Of a stretch of DNA of 64,000 nucleotides, positions 1-8,256 are shown in pieces (the first letter of the stretch is position 1; each line of letters begins with the position of its first letter). Under the pieces are notes generated by a model. That model was given only the letters and a program-made list of their open reading frames with translations. It had not been told where the DNA came from and made no database searches. Origin of the DNA: Actinobacteria bacterium UBA7524 (GTDB taxonomy: Bacteria > Actinomycetota > Coriobacteriia > Anaerosomatales > UBA912). Both the position numbers and the translations under genes were made by a program. Where the stretch lies: positions 13,727 to 77,726 of the forward strand of contig DLMY01000020.1 in the NCBI GenBank assembly GCA_002478275.1. The letters run 5' to 3'.

Positions 1-138
1 GATGCGGTGGTGAGAGCGATCGAGCTTTCCGAGGAGAAGTACTGCGCCGTGAAGGGGATGTTCGGACCGCAGGTCGACATCACCACCACGTTCGAGGTCC
101 TAGAAGCGCCCGCGCCAGGCGCGGCCTTGAACCGCTGA
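1..138 (+). CDS. OsmC/Ohr-family peroxiredoxin-like protein (3' end only; 5' end outside window)
   Basis: Frame +1 is open from the window edge to TGA at 136-138. The tail AIELSEEKYCAVKGMFGPQVDITTTFEV matches the conserved C-terminal Cys region of OsmC-family proteins. Confidence 0.7.
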   Translation, partial: DAVVRAIELSEEKYCAVKGMFGPQVDITTTFEVLEAPAPGAALNR

Positions 139-158
139 CGCGAGAGCGAGACGGTCCA

Positions 159-860
159 GTGGCTGACGTAGTGCTGCTACCGGTCTTCAACGAGGCGCCC
201 ACGGTCACAAGCGTGCTCGATGCGGTGCGCGAACACTTCGATGGAGAGATCATCGTCGTGGACGACGGTTCGACGGACGATACGGCGAGTGTACTGGCAG
301 TGCGGCCTGACGTCACCCTGGTGACACACCCCGTGAACCTGGGATACGGTCGCGCGCTGGCAGAAGGGTTCGCTCTTGCGCGTGCCAGGTCGGCACAGTC
401 GGTCGTGACCATGGACTGCGACGGGCAGCACGAGCCGGCACACATCGAGCGGTTCCTTGAGACGGCGCGCCACGGAGTGGACATAGTGTCGGGTAGCCGC
501 TACCTGCCCGGCAGCCGGGAGATAGGCCTGGCACCTGAGTCTCGGCGGGAGATCAACGCCAGGGTCACGGCCGAGATCAACCGCGTGACCGGGTGGGGAC
601 TGACCGACGCGTTCTGTGGCTTCAAGGCCTATCGTCTGTCTTCGCTTGAACGGATCTCCTTGACCGAACCGGGCTATGCGATGCCGATGGAGTTGTGGGC
701 CAAGGCGTTCAGGAACCGCCTGGAGATCGCGGAACTGCCTGTGGAGCGGATCTACTACGATCATGACCGTTCTTTCGGAGAGGACCTCGACGACCCGGAG
801 ATCCGCTTCACCTACTACATGCGCGTGTGGCAGACCGCGCTCGAGGAGGACTCACCATGA
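159..860 (+). CDS. Family-2 glycosyltransferase (DPM1/GtrB-like, small, no obvious TM segment)
   Basis: 233-aa ORF starting at GTG 159. LLPVFNEAPTV...IIVVDDGSTDDT and TMDCDGQHEP are GT-A/GT2 signatures (DxD-type). Confidence 0.88.
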   Translation: MADVVLLPVFNEAPTVTSVLDAVREHFDGEIIVVDDGSTDDTASVLAVRPDVTLVTHPVNLGYGRALAEGFALARARSAQSVVTMDCDGQHEPAHIERFLETARHGVDIVSGSRYLPGSREIGLAPESRREINARVTAEINRVTGWGLTDAFCGFKAYRLSSLERISLTEPGYAMPMELWAKAFRNRLEIAELPVERIYYDHDRSFGEDLDDPEIRFTYYMRVWQTALEEDSP

Positions 861-1537
861 CACGCATCGTCTGCGTCGGAGCCCATCCCGACGACGTGGA
901 GATCGGTATGGGGGCTACCGTCGCGAAGTTCGCGGCCGAGGGCCACGAGGTCACGCTGATCGACCTGACGGACGGAGAGCCCACGCCGCAGGGCACACAC
1001 GAGACCAGGATGCTGGAGGCGGCCCGTGCGGCGCGATCGCTGGGTGCGATGCGACGTACACTCGATCTGCCCAACCGCTATCTGTTCGACACGGTCGAGG
1101 CGCGTACCACCCTGGCCGAGGTCCTGCGGGAGACCAGGCCGGACGTGGTGTTCGCACCCTATCCGCAAGACGCCCACCCGGATCACATCGCCGCTGCGAG
1201 CATCGTTGACGCGGCGCGGTTCTACGCGAAGTTCACGAAGACTGCCATGCGGGGTGAACCGCACTACCCGACGCGCATCTATCGTTACATGGCGGTCCAT
1301 CTGAGGCTCGTCCGAGAGCCTTCCTTCGTCGTCGACGTGAGCGATCATCTCGACGCGAAGCTCATCGCACTTCGGTGCTATGAGTCCCAGTTCGAGTCGA
1401 ACACCGCGAACGCGGGCATCATCGACATGATGAAAGCGACGGCGGAGATGTGGGGCCGCACAATAGGAACCAGCGCCGGCGAGCCGTTCTTCGCGGCTGA
1501 GCCCGTGGGTCTGCGCACGTTCGACGCACTGCTGTAG
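857..1537 (+). CDS. PIG-L/LmbE-family zinc de-N-acetylase (BshB/MshB-like)
   Basis: ATG 857 overlaps the upstream stop (ATGA). It carries VGAHPDDVEIGMGATVAKF and DAHPDHIAAA (the AHPDD and HxDH motifs of the LmbE family). The longer track ORF (827) would overlap the GT2 gene more deeply. Confidence 0.88.
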   Translation: MTRIVCVGAHPDDVEIGMGATVAKFAAEGHEVTLIDLTDGEPTPQGTHETRMLEAARAARSLGAMRRTLDLPNRYLFDTVEARTTLAEVLRETRPDVVFAPYPQDAHPDHIAAASIVDAARFYAKFTKTAMRGEPHYPTRIYRYMAVHLRLVREPSFVVDVSDHLDAKLIALRCYESQFESNTANAGIIDMMKATAEMWGRTIGTSAGEPFFAAEPVGLRTFDALL

Positions 1538-1547
1538 AGGAGATTCG

Positions 1548-3110
1548 ATGGTACGGACTCGTCCCGCCATTCCTTCGGGTCACGGCGAACTCCTCCTGCG
1601 TCCACCATACGGGTCGTGGACTTCTATCGCCGAGGAGAACATGGCGTTGCTGGCCACCTCCGACATCGAGGTTGCGGGTGTCGCCCTCGGGGCGTTGCGA
1701 CGGCAGGCGCGCCGTGAGGCGGTGACGGAGGCCGTGGCGTACTCCGGGTGCCTGGGGGTACCACTCGCCGAAGCTGAGCCAGAACCGCGGATGCTTGTCG
1801 TTACCGGCCATCAGCCCGAACTGTTCCATCCGGGTGTATGGGCGAAGATGTTCCTGCTCGATCGATTCGCTCGTGAGAACGATGCGGTCGGGATCGACCT
1901 TGTCGTGGACTCGGACTCCTCTCATGACGTCGGGATGAACATCCCATGCCTTTCTCCAGTGGCCCGGCGCTGCAGGGTCTCGCTGACGTCTGGTGGGCCA
2001 GGTGCATGCTATGCATGCGCACCGGTCCCCGATACCGCCTCGATAGAGCGGTTCTGCGAGGAGAGTTCTGCACTTGCCGGCGCTCTGCCCGCACCAGCCG
2101 TCGCACGCCATCTTGCGCGCTTCTGCGAGGAACTGCGGGGTGCCGGGAGCGATGCGTCTGACCTGGGTCAGCTGATGACCGTCACGCGGCGGCGTTTCGA
2201 GGCGGATGCAGGCACGAGTTACCTCGAACTCCCCGTGACCCGTCTTGCCTCCACACACGCTTTTTCGAGCTTCGCGCAACACCTCATGCGGCATGCCGCG
2301 AGATTCCGGACCGTCTACAACGCCGCTCTCGATCACTACCGTACGGTGCACAAGACTCGCTCGCGAGCGCAGCCTGTCCCGGACCTGGCCGAGACCTACG
2401 GGGCGGTCGAGCTGCCGTTCTGGGTGTTGAGCGGCATGAAGCGCAGGACCTTGTGGGTCCGGTCGACGGACGCGAACCTCGAGGTCCTCGCTGACGATGA
2501 GATCGTGGCTCATCTGCCTGCCGCTGGGACGCCGAAAGACCTTGGCGAGCTCGACCTCGCGCCCAAGGCCCTGGCTCTCACGATGTACGCGCGTCTCTTC
2601 TTGAGTGACCTGTTCATACACGGAGTCGGAGGAGGCAGGTACGATCAGGTCACCGATGCAGTCATCAGGTCCTTCTTCGGGATCGAGCCACCCTCGTTCA
2701 CGGTGGCGTCGCTGACTATGTATCTGCCAATCGGCGCGCACATCGTCTCCGCGGAGGAGGTCGCTGAGGCGCGGCGGCGCCTCAGCCGCTTCGAGCACAA
2801 CCCGGACGAGATGTTGCGTGAGGCCGAGTTCGAGTCTGACGTGGAAGCCAGCCGGGCCACGGCCTTGACAGCGGAGAAGGCAGACCTGCGCCGCGCGATA
2901 TCGACTGAAGGTGCGGACAAGAAGTCGCTTGGCACCAGAATCCGGGATGTCAACGAAGAACTGCGTGCGCTTCTTGCCCCTCTTGCTGGGCAGATGCGCA
3001 TCGAACTTGCGGCGCTGGAGGCACAGCATGCTCGAAGTGAGGTGCTGACCGACCGTACTTACCCGTACTGCCTCTGGAGCCCTGAAGAGGTTGCCGACAA
3101 GGTCGGGTGA
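1548..3110 (+). CDS. Hypothetical 520-aa protein with BshC-like motifs (function unproven)
   Basis: ATG 1548 is preceded by GAGGAG. It has VVTGHQPELFHPGVWAK (compare BshC GGQQAGLLTGPLYTIHK) and DLVVDSDSSHD (compare BshC VAGEDHDLDE), plus a charged, heptad-like C-terminal third. Coding status is confident; the functional call is tentative. Confidence 0.55.
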   Translation: MVRTRPAIPSGHGELLLRPPYGSWTSIAEENMALLATSDIEVAGVALGALRRQARREAVTEAVAYSGCLGVPLAEAEPEPRMLVVTGHQPELFHPGVWAKMFLLDRFARENDAVGIDLVVDSDSSHDVGMNIPCLSPVARRCRVSLTSGGPGACYACAPVPDTASIERFCEESSALAGALPAPAVARHLARFCEELRGAGSDASDLGQLMTVTRRRFEADAGTSYLELPVTRLASTHAFSSFAQHLMRHAARFRTVYNAALDHYRTVHKTRSRAQPVPDLAETYGAVELPFWVLSGMKRRTLWVRSTDANLEVLADDEIVAHLPAAGTPKDLGELDLAPKALALTMYARLFLSDLFIHGVGGGRYDQVTDAVIRSFFGIEPPSFTVASLTMYLPIGAHIVSAEEVAEARRRLSRFEHNPDEMLREAEFESDVEASRATALTAEKADLRRAISTEGADKKSLGTRIRDVNEELRALLAPLAGQMRIELAALEAQHARSEVLTDRTYPYCLWSPEEVADKVG

Positions 3111-3204
3111 TCCTGCCGGGGACACAGGTGGCACCGTGTCGCGTGAGGCGTGCTATCATACGGCCACTCTTTGCACCTTACAGTCGCGTGAAAGGACAAG
3201 TTCC

Positions 3205-3381
3205 ATGTCGATCCCCGTCGTTGACTCCGACCTGTGCACCGCATGTGGCATCTGTGTCGATGAGTGCCCCGTATCCTGCTACGACCTTGAGGATGTCGCG
3301 GTGCTGGCACGACCGGACGACTGCACTGAGTGCGGTATCTGCGTCGACGCATGCCCCAGTGGTGCCATCTCCATGCCGTAG
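3205..3381 (+). CDS. 2x[4Fe-4S] ferredoxin (58 aa)
   Basis: ATG 3205 follows AAAGGA. There are two CxxCxxCxxxCP motifs (CTACGICVDECP and CTECGICVDACP). Confidence 0.9.
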   Translation: MSIPVVDSDLCTACGICVDECPVSCYDLEDVAVLARPDDCTECGICVDACPSGAISMP

Positions 3382-3395
3382 AGCCATCTTGGGCC

Positions 3396-3425
3396 GGTCC
3401 ACCGTCCTGTCCGGCACGGTGGACC
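3396..3425. terminator. Bidirectional stem-loop between the convergent ferredoxin and plsY genes
   Basis: GGTCCACCG-12 nt-CGGTGGACC forms a 9-bp perfect stem, placed between the stop codons at 3381 (+) and 3429 (-). There is no clear U-tract. Confidence 0.5.
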
Positions 3426-3428
3426 CGC

Positions 3429-4178
3429 CTAACCCTTCGGGCCCATTCCGTCGTTGATGTAGAACTTCGGCTCGGCTCCCGCGAGTAGCCCCATGAAGCG
3501 TTTGTGGTGTGCAGCGTAGACGACGGCACCCATCAGTAGCGCGAAGGGCCAGTCTGGGGATCCCAGCAAGAGCGCGGTGAGCGGCAGAGTCGCCGCGGCA
3601 GCGACCTGTCCGGCCATCATGTAGCGCGTGATGAAGATGATCGCGAGCCCGACGGCTACGACAGCTACGAAGTAGCGCCAGTCGTAGGCGAGTAGCGCAC
3701 CGCCACCGGTCGCCAACCCTTTGCCCGTACGCGAGAAGCGCTTCTTGATGATCGCCATCCACAAGGAGTAGTTGTGACCGAGTACTGCTCCCGCGACGAC
3801 GATGATGGGGATCGGAGCGCTCGCCATCATTCCCAGGCTGTCCGGGAGTCCCGGTGGAGAGAGCAGCGATAAGACCGCGTCATCTGCGATCTGAGAACCG
3901 TAAGGCAGCTGGATCGCCATGCCGCTGGCAAGAAGCTTGGCGGCTGCAACGGGCAGAATCCCTTTGAGCGCATCGCCGATCATCGCTACCGTGAACCAGC
4001 CCCATGAGCCTGTGGAGCGTCGGACGTTCATGGCGCCGACATTCCCGCTCCCGTGTGTGGTGACGTCCTCTCCGATGATCGCCTTGACGATGATATAGGC
4101 GAACGGTATCGAGCCGATCATATAGGCCGCAGCAGCCCACAGGGCGGGTGAGAGTAGTCGTTCCGTGAACTGGTCCAT
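3429..4178 (-). CDS. plsY: Glycerol-3-phosphate acyltransferase PlsY
   Basis: It has the HGSGNVGAMNV motif and is a multi-TM protein. ATG 4178 is preceded by GAGGAGAG, 7 nt upstream, inside the end of the upstream gene. Confidence 0.88.
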   Translation of the reverse strand: MDQFTERLLSPALWAAAAYMIGSIPFAYIIVKAIIGEDVTTHGSGNVGAMNVRRSTGSWGWFTVAMIGDALKGILPVAAAKLLASGMAIQLPYGSQIADDAVLSLLSPPGLPDSLGMMASAPIPIIVVAGAVLGHNYSLWMAIIKKRFSRTGKGLATGGGALLAYDWRYFVAVVAVGLAIIFITRYMMAGQVAAAATLPLTALLLGSPDWPFALLMGAVVYAAHHKRFMGLLAGAEPKFYINDGMGPKG

Positions 4179-4180
4179 CG

Positions 4181-5083
4181 TCAGGCTCTCCTCGGCACGA
4201 CACACTCGATGGCCCGGGGCAGGATCGAGATGTCGTAGCGGCTCTCAAGCAGGACTTCGCCATCGATCTGCGCCGGGACGGCTGAATCGCATTCGATCAC
4301 GAGCGAGGTGTGGCGGCTCATGTGGACAGGTCGCATCTTCGTGTGCTTGCCGGCGATGACGAACGGCAGTCGGACGAGTGCCTGCGGGAGGGAGAGCGGG
4401 TCGATCATGCACACATCGAACTGGCCGTCGTCGGATACCGCGTCCGGCGTGATGAAGAATCCGCCCCCGTACGTGGGGCCGTTCGTGACGGCCACTATCA
4501 GCGTGTCGTGTACCTCTGGCGGCTGCCCGTCGAAGCTGATGCGCAGCTCGAAGCTGGACAGGTCGTTGAAGAGCACGTGCAGGAGTGCGGTGAGATAGAG
4601 CCACAGCCCGGAGCGTTTCGTCGTGACCTTGTACTCGACGGCCTTGGCGGTGACTTTGGCGTCCAGGCCGGCAGCGAAGCTGTTGTTGAAGTAGATACCG
4701 TTGCAGAGTCCGACGTCGAACCGCTTGCGCACCCCGGTCGCCAGTGCGAGTGCCGCCTCCGTGAGGTCCTCGGGGACACCTAGGGTACGCCTGGTGTCGT
4801 TACCTGAACCGGTGGGCAGAAGGCCGAGGGCGGGCCGGTCATCAGCCGGTCGGCGCATGAGTCCGTTGAGGACTTCATGGACCGTGCCGTCACCGCCCAC
4901 GGCGACGATGAGGTCGTATCCTGCCGCTGATAGCGCGATGTCCGTCGCGTGGCCCATCGCCTGTGTCTCGACGGTGTCATGCGGGATGCTTTGCAGCAGG
5001 CGTTCGATGACGGGTAGCAGTCGAGCTGCTTCACCATGCTTCGCGGCCGGGTTGGTGATGACCAGGGTCCTTGCCGCGTTCAT
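4181..5083 (-). CDS. Diacylglycerol/lipid kinase, YegS/BmrU family
   Basis: LIVAVGGDGTVHEVLNGL and LGLLPTGSGND are DAGK catalytic-domain motifs. The start was chosen at MNAARTLVITNP (ATG 5083, preceded by GAGGGATAGGGG), because the longer track ORF runs through the tRNA-Arg gene. Confidence 0.88.
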   Translation of the reverse strand: MNAARTLVITNPAAKHGEAARLLPVIERLLQSIPHDTVETQAMGHATDIALSAAGYDLIVAVGGDGTVHEVLNGLMRRPADDRPALGLLPTGSGNDTRRTLGVPEDLTEAALALATGVRKRFDVGLCNGIYFNNSFAAGLDAKVTAKAVEYKVTTKRSGLWLYLTALLHVLFNDLSSFELRISFDGQPPEVHDTLIVAVTNGPTYGGGFFITPDAVSDDGQFDVCMIDPLSLPQALVRLPFVIAGKHTKMRPVHMSRHTSLVIECDSAVPAQIDGEVLLESRYDISILPRAIECVVPRRA

Positions 5084-5196
5084 GCGTCCCCTATCCCTCA
5101 TCGATGGCAGTGAGCTGTCGTCTTGCGTGCATTCGGCCAAAGGTCGTGGTCGGCGTCTTGCGGGTATGATACTCTGCGTTGGCGTCAAGCGCACCG

Positions 5197-5272
5197 GCCC
5201 TCTTAGCTCAGTGGATAGAGCGTCTGCCTCCGGAGCAGAAGGCCGCAGGTTCGAATCCTGCAGAGGGCACCA
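5197..5272 (+). tRNA. tRNA-Arg (anticodon CCG), CCA-encoded
   Basis: It folds by hand into a cloverleaf: acceptor GCCCTCT/AGAGGGC, D-arm GCTC/GAGC, anticodon stem TCTGC/GCAGA with loop CTCCGGA, T-arm GCAGG-TTCGAAT-CCTGC, and a terminal ACCA. Confidence 0.93.
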
Positions 5273-5285
5273 TACGCACACAGAG

Positions 5286-5321
5286 AAGGAGGCCGGCCCC
5301 GCGTGGGGGACCGGCCTCCTT
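5286..5321. terminator. Stem-loop between tRNA-Arg and the end of the convergent EF-G gene
   Basis: AAGGAGGCCGG...CCGGCCTCCTT forms a stem of about 11 bp, followed by TTCG on the + strand. Confidence 0.55.
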
Positions 5322-5341
5322 TCGTACGTCGGTGCCACCTG

Positions 5342-7411
5342 TTAGTGTCCCTCGGCCCTTTCCTTCTGATACTGCTCGACGATCTTCTTGGCCATGTCCG
5401 GGGGGACCTGTTCGTACGATTCGATCTGGATGGTGTACGTCCCGGTACCGCTGGTCAGGGAGCGGAGATGCGTGGAGTAGTGCACCACTTCCGCGTAGGG
5501 CGCTTGTGCCTTGATGACCTGCTCACCCGGGTCGGGTGCGTCCATCCCCAGGATGCGTCCACGAATCGAGGAGATGTCGCCCATGACCGCGCCGGCGTAC
5601 TCGTCCGGAACGTGGATCTCCAGCGTCGCGATCGGCTCGAGCAACACCAGGTCCGCCTTCTCTGCGGCCGCCCTGAACCCGATCCTGGCCGCCGTGCGGA
5701 AAGCCATCTCGTTCGAGTCGACGCTATGGTAGCTGCCGTCGTATACTGCGACCTTGACGTCGACGACCGGGTAGCCGGCCAACACGCCCTCGGTCATCGT
5801 GTTCTGCACGCCTTTGTCGACCGCCGGGATGAACTGGCGCGGAATCCGTCCGCCTACGATCTCGTCGACGAACTCGTAGCCGCCACCGGGGTTCGGTTCA
5901 AGGCGCAGCCAGCAGTCGGCGAACTGTCCCGAGCCACCCGTCTGCTTCTTGTGACGTCCCTGGGCCTGTGAGGTCTTGCGGATGGTCTCCCGGTAGGGGA
6001 TGCGCAACTCCTCGAGTTCGGCTTCGACGTGGAACCTGTCGTGTAGTCTCGCGATGACCACGTCGATCGCGGTCTCACCCAAGCCGGTCAAGACGGTCTG
6101 GTGGGTCTCCTCGTCGCGTGTGAGCAGCAGTGAGGGGTCCTCGTCAACGATGGTCTTGAGCGCGGTGCCCAGCTTGTCCTCATCTGCTTTCGTCTTGGCG
6201 ACGATCGCGACGGGATAGAGCGGCTCGGGTGTCGGCAGGGGCGCGAAGGAGGTCTTGCCGGAAGCCGAGAGCGTGTCGTTGGTCAGCGTGTCCGAGAGTT
6301 TCGCCAGCACGGCGATATCGCCGGCAGGCGCCCCCTCGATACCCTCAGTCTCCTTGCCGGTCATCTTGAATACGTGCGCGACCCGTTCCTTCTTACCCGT
6401 GCGGGAGTTGACCAGTTCGGTGCCGGGCGTCAGCGTCCCCGAGACGATCTTGAGGAACGAGAGCCTTCCGACGTAGGGGTCCGAGAGGCTCTTGAAGACG
6501 TGCGCGGTCACCTCACCACTGGTCGAGAAGGGGATCTCGTCGCCGTCAACGGTCTTGAGTGGCCCGTGCGCAGTAGGTTCCGGGAAGAACGTGACGATCT
6601 CATCCATGAGATCTTCGACGCCCTGCAAAGTGAGTGCGGAGCCGACGAACACCGGGATGAAGATGCCCTGGGCGATCGCCTTGTCCAGCAGCACCTCTAG
6701 CTCTTCCTGGCTTAGACGCTCGCCTTCGAGGTACTTCTCCATCAAGTCGTCGTCTGCTTCGGCGACCAGCTCACACAGCCGGTCACGGGCGGCTTCGGTG
6801 GCCTCTGAGAACTCGGCAGGTATGTCGCCGATCTCCTCTTTGGCGCCCTGGTGACGGTAGGACTTCATGCGGATGACGTCGATGACTCCAGAGAAGTCGC
6901 TTTCCTTGCCCATCGGTATCTGAACGGCGCCGACGCGGTGGCCGAATTTGGCCTCGAGGGCCACCATGGCCGCGTCGAAGTCGGCATGTTCCTTGTCCAG
7001 GCGGTTGACGAAGACGGCCCGGGCGATACCCATATCGCCCGCTATCTTCCAGAGCCGTTCGGTTTGGACCTGAGGTCCCGCGACTGCGTCAACCACGAAC
7101 AGCGCCATCTCGGCCGCCTCCATGCCTGCGATGGCTTCGCCGATGAAGTCGGCGTATCCGGGGGTGTCGATGACGTTGACTTTGACGCCTTTGTGCGTGA
7201 AGGGTGCTAGTGCGAGGTTGATTGTGAGCTTACGCTTGATCTCTTCTGGGTCGTAGTCGAGGTTCGAATGTTCCTCGTCCACGCTCCCCAGGCGCTTCGT
7301 GACGCCGGCCAGGTGCAGCATCGCCTCCGCTAGAGAGGTCTTTCCCGCACCGCCGTGGCCGACCAGTACGACGTTACGGACCTTGTCAGTACTTGGCGCT
7401 CCCAAGTGCAT
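5342..7411 (-). CDS. Elongation factor G paralogue (stand-alone, outside a str operon)
   Basis: The G domain reads VGHGGAGKTSLAEAML, DTPGYADF and NRLD, and full-length EF-G domain architecture is suggested by its size. The start was set at ATG 7411 (GAGGAGGAG just upstream); the alternative GTG at 7447 lacks an SD. Confidence 0.88.
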   Translation of the reverse strand: MHLGAPSTDKVRNVVLVGHGGAGKTSLAEAMLHLAGVTKRLGSVDEEHSNLDYDPEEIKRKLTINLALAPFTHKGVKVNVIDTPGYADFIGEAIAGMEAAEMALFVVDAVAGPQVQTERLWKIAGDMGIARAVFVNRLDKEHADFDAAMVALEAKFGHRVGAVQIPMGKESDFSGVIDVIRMKSYRHQGAKEEIGDIPAEFSEATEAARDRLCELVAEADDDLMEKYLEGERLSQEELEVLLDKAIAQGIFIPVFVGSALTLQGVEDLMDEIVTFFPEPTAHGPLKTVDGDEIPFSTSGEVTAHVFKSLSDPYVGRLSFLKIVSGTLTPGTELVNSRTGKKERVAHVFKMTGKETEGIEGAPAGDIAVLAKLSDTLTNDTLSASGKTSFAPLPTPEPLYPVAIVAKTKADEDKLGTALKTIVDEDPSLLLTRDEETHQTVLTGLGETAIDVVIARLHDRFHVEAELEELRIPYRETIRKTSQAQGRHKKQTGGSGQFADCWLRLEPNPGGGYEFVDEIVGGRIPRQFIPAVDKGVQNTMTEGVLAGYPVVDVKVAVYDGSYHSVDSNEMAFRTAARIGFRAAAEKADLVLLEPIATLEIHVPDEYAGAVMGDISSIRGRILGMDAPDPGEQVIKAQAPYAEVVHYSTHLRSLTSGTGTYTIQIESYEQVPPDMAKKIVEQYQKERAEGH

Positions 7412-7498
7412 CTCCTCCTCGGCCGAGCGTATAGGACAACGCGCCACGCGCCTGTCCGGTCACGTGGCGGCTGGACGGATACCATGCAAGCATACTCC

Positions 7499-7527
7499 TT
7501 ATCACGTCTGTGCCACACTGGTAGAAT
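7499..7527 (+). promoter_or_regulatory. Candidate sigma-70-type promoter for the cyclophilin/TPR operon
   Basis: TTATCA (7499-7504), a 17-nt spacer, then TAGAAT (7522-7527) preceded by TG. It lies in the divergent intergenic region. Confidence 0.35.
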
Positions 7528-7587
7528 GACACATTGTGCGCGGCCCGTATGGCCGCATCGGGTACGTGCCGAGAAGGAGAGCCTTCC

Positions 7588-8256
7588 ATGTCGCCAAAGC
7601 CGCTTCGCGTCTTGACTCTGATCATCGTGTTCGCCCTGTTCGCCATGACGCTTGGCGTTGCGGGTTGTGCGACGCCGTCCGAACCCGAAACGTCGAAGGA
7701 CACTGCCGTCCAAGACGAGCCGGTTACCGAGGAGGAGCCCGTAGAGGTTCCCCAGATCGCCGAGGAGAACGCCTTGTATACAGCAACGTACGAACCGAAC
7801 GGCAGCGAGATAGCGGTCATCACGACACCGAAGGGTGTCATCAAGTTCGAGTTCTACGCCGAGGATGCGCCGAACCATGTCGCGGCGTTCATCGAGCTTG
7901 CCCAGAAGGGCTTCTACGATGGGACCAAGTTCCATCGTGTCGAACCGGGATTCGTGATCCAGGGTGGAGACCCGCTCTCGAAGGACGACGACCCGAACGT
8001 GGGTACCGGGGGACCGGGCTACCGGCTGGCGGCGGAGTTCAACTCTCGCCAGCACCTGGACGGCACAGTAGCGATGGCACGTTCTCAGCACCCGGACTCC
8101 GCTGGGTCTCAGTTCTATATCTGCCTTGGCCCACAGTCCTTCCTTGATGGGAACTACACCGTATTCGGTCAGGTCACCGAGGGGATGGATGTTGTGCGCT
8201 CAATCGCCGTGGGCGATGTGATGCAGTCTGTGACCATCGAGAACGCCACACCGTGA
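7588..8256 (+). CDS. Cyclophilin-type peptidyl-prolyl isomerase, lipoprotein
   Basis: ATG 7588 follows GAGAAGGAGAG. It has a signal peptide with lipobox LGVAGC, and cyclophilin motifs [15 protein letters not shown] and GSQFYI. Confidence 0.9.
   Translation: MSPKPLRVLTLIIVFALFAMTLGVAGCATPSEPETSKDTAVQDEPVTEEEPVEVPQIAEENALYTATYEPNGSEIAVITTPKGVIKFEFYAEDAPNHVAAFIELAQKGFYDGTKFHRVEPGFVIQGGDPLSKDDDPNVGTGGPGYRLAAEFNSRQHLDGTVAMARSQHPDSAGSQFYICLGPQSFLDGNYTVFGQVTEGMDVVRSIAVGDVMQSVTIENATP

Noticed and set aside
1419-3134. A 571-aa minus-strand ORF. Similar long antisense ORFs occur at 11191-12495, 21172-22218, 34249-35958, 44595-46403, 51855-53765, 56052-57449 and 57893-59062.
   Set aside because: Each lies opposite a gene with strong family motifs. 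None has an SD-start context or domain signature. All are high-GC shadow frames.
5197-5272. The tRNA genes (tRNA-Arg here and tRNA-Ala at 42452-42527) considered as integration sites of mobile elements.
   Set aside because: No integrase, recombinase, phage or transposase genes are nearby. I could see no duplicated tRNA 3' fragment (att-like direct repeat) in the flanking sequence.
5084-5338. An N-terminal extension of the lipid-kinase ORF (track ORF 4181-5338).
   Set aside because: The extension runs straight through the tRNA-Arg gene on the opposite strand. It precedes an internal ATG with a good SD and the conserved kinase N-terminus.
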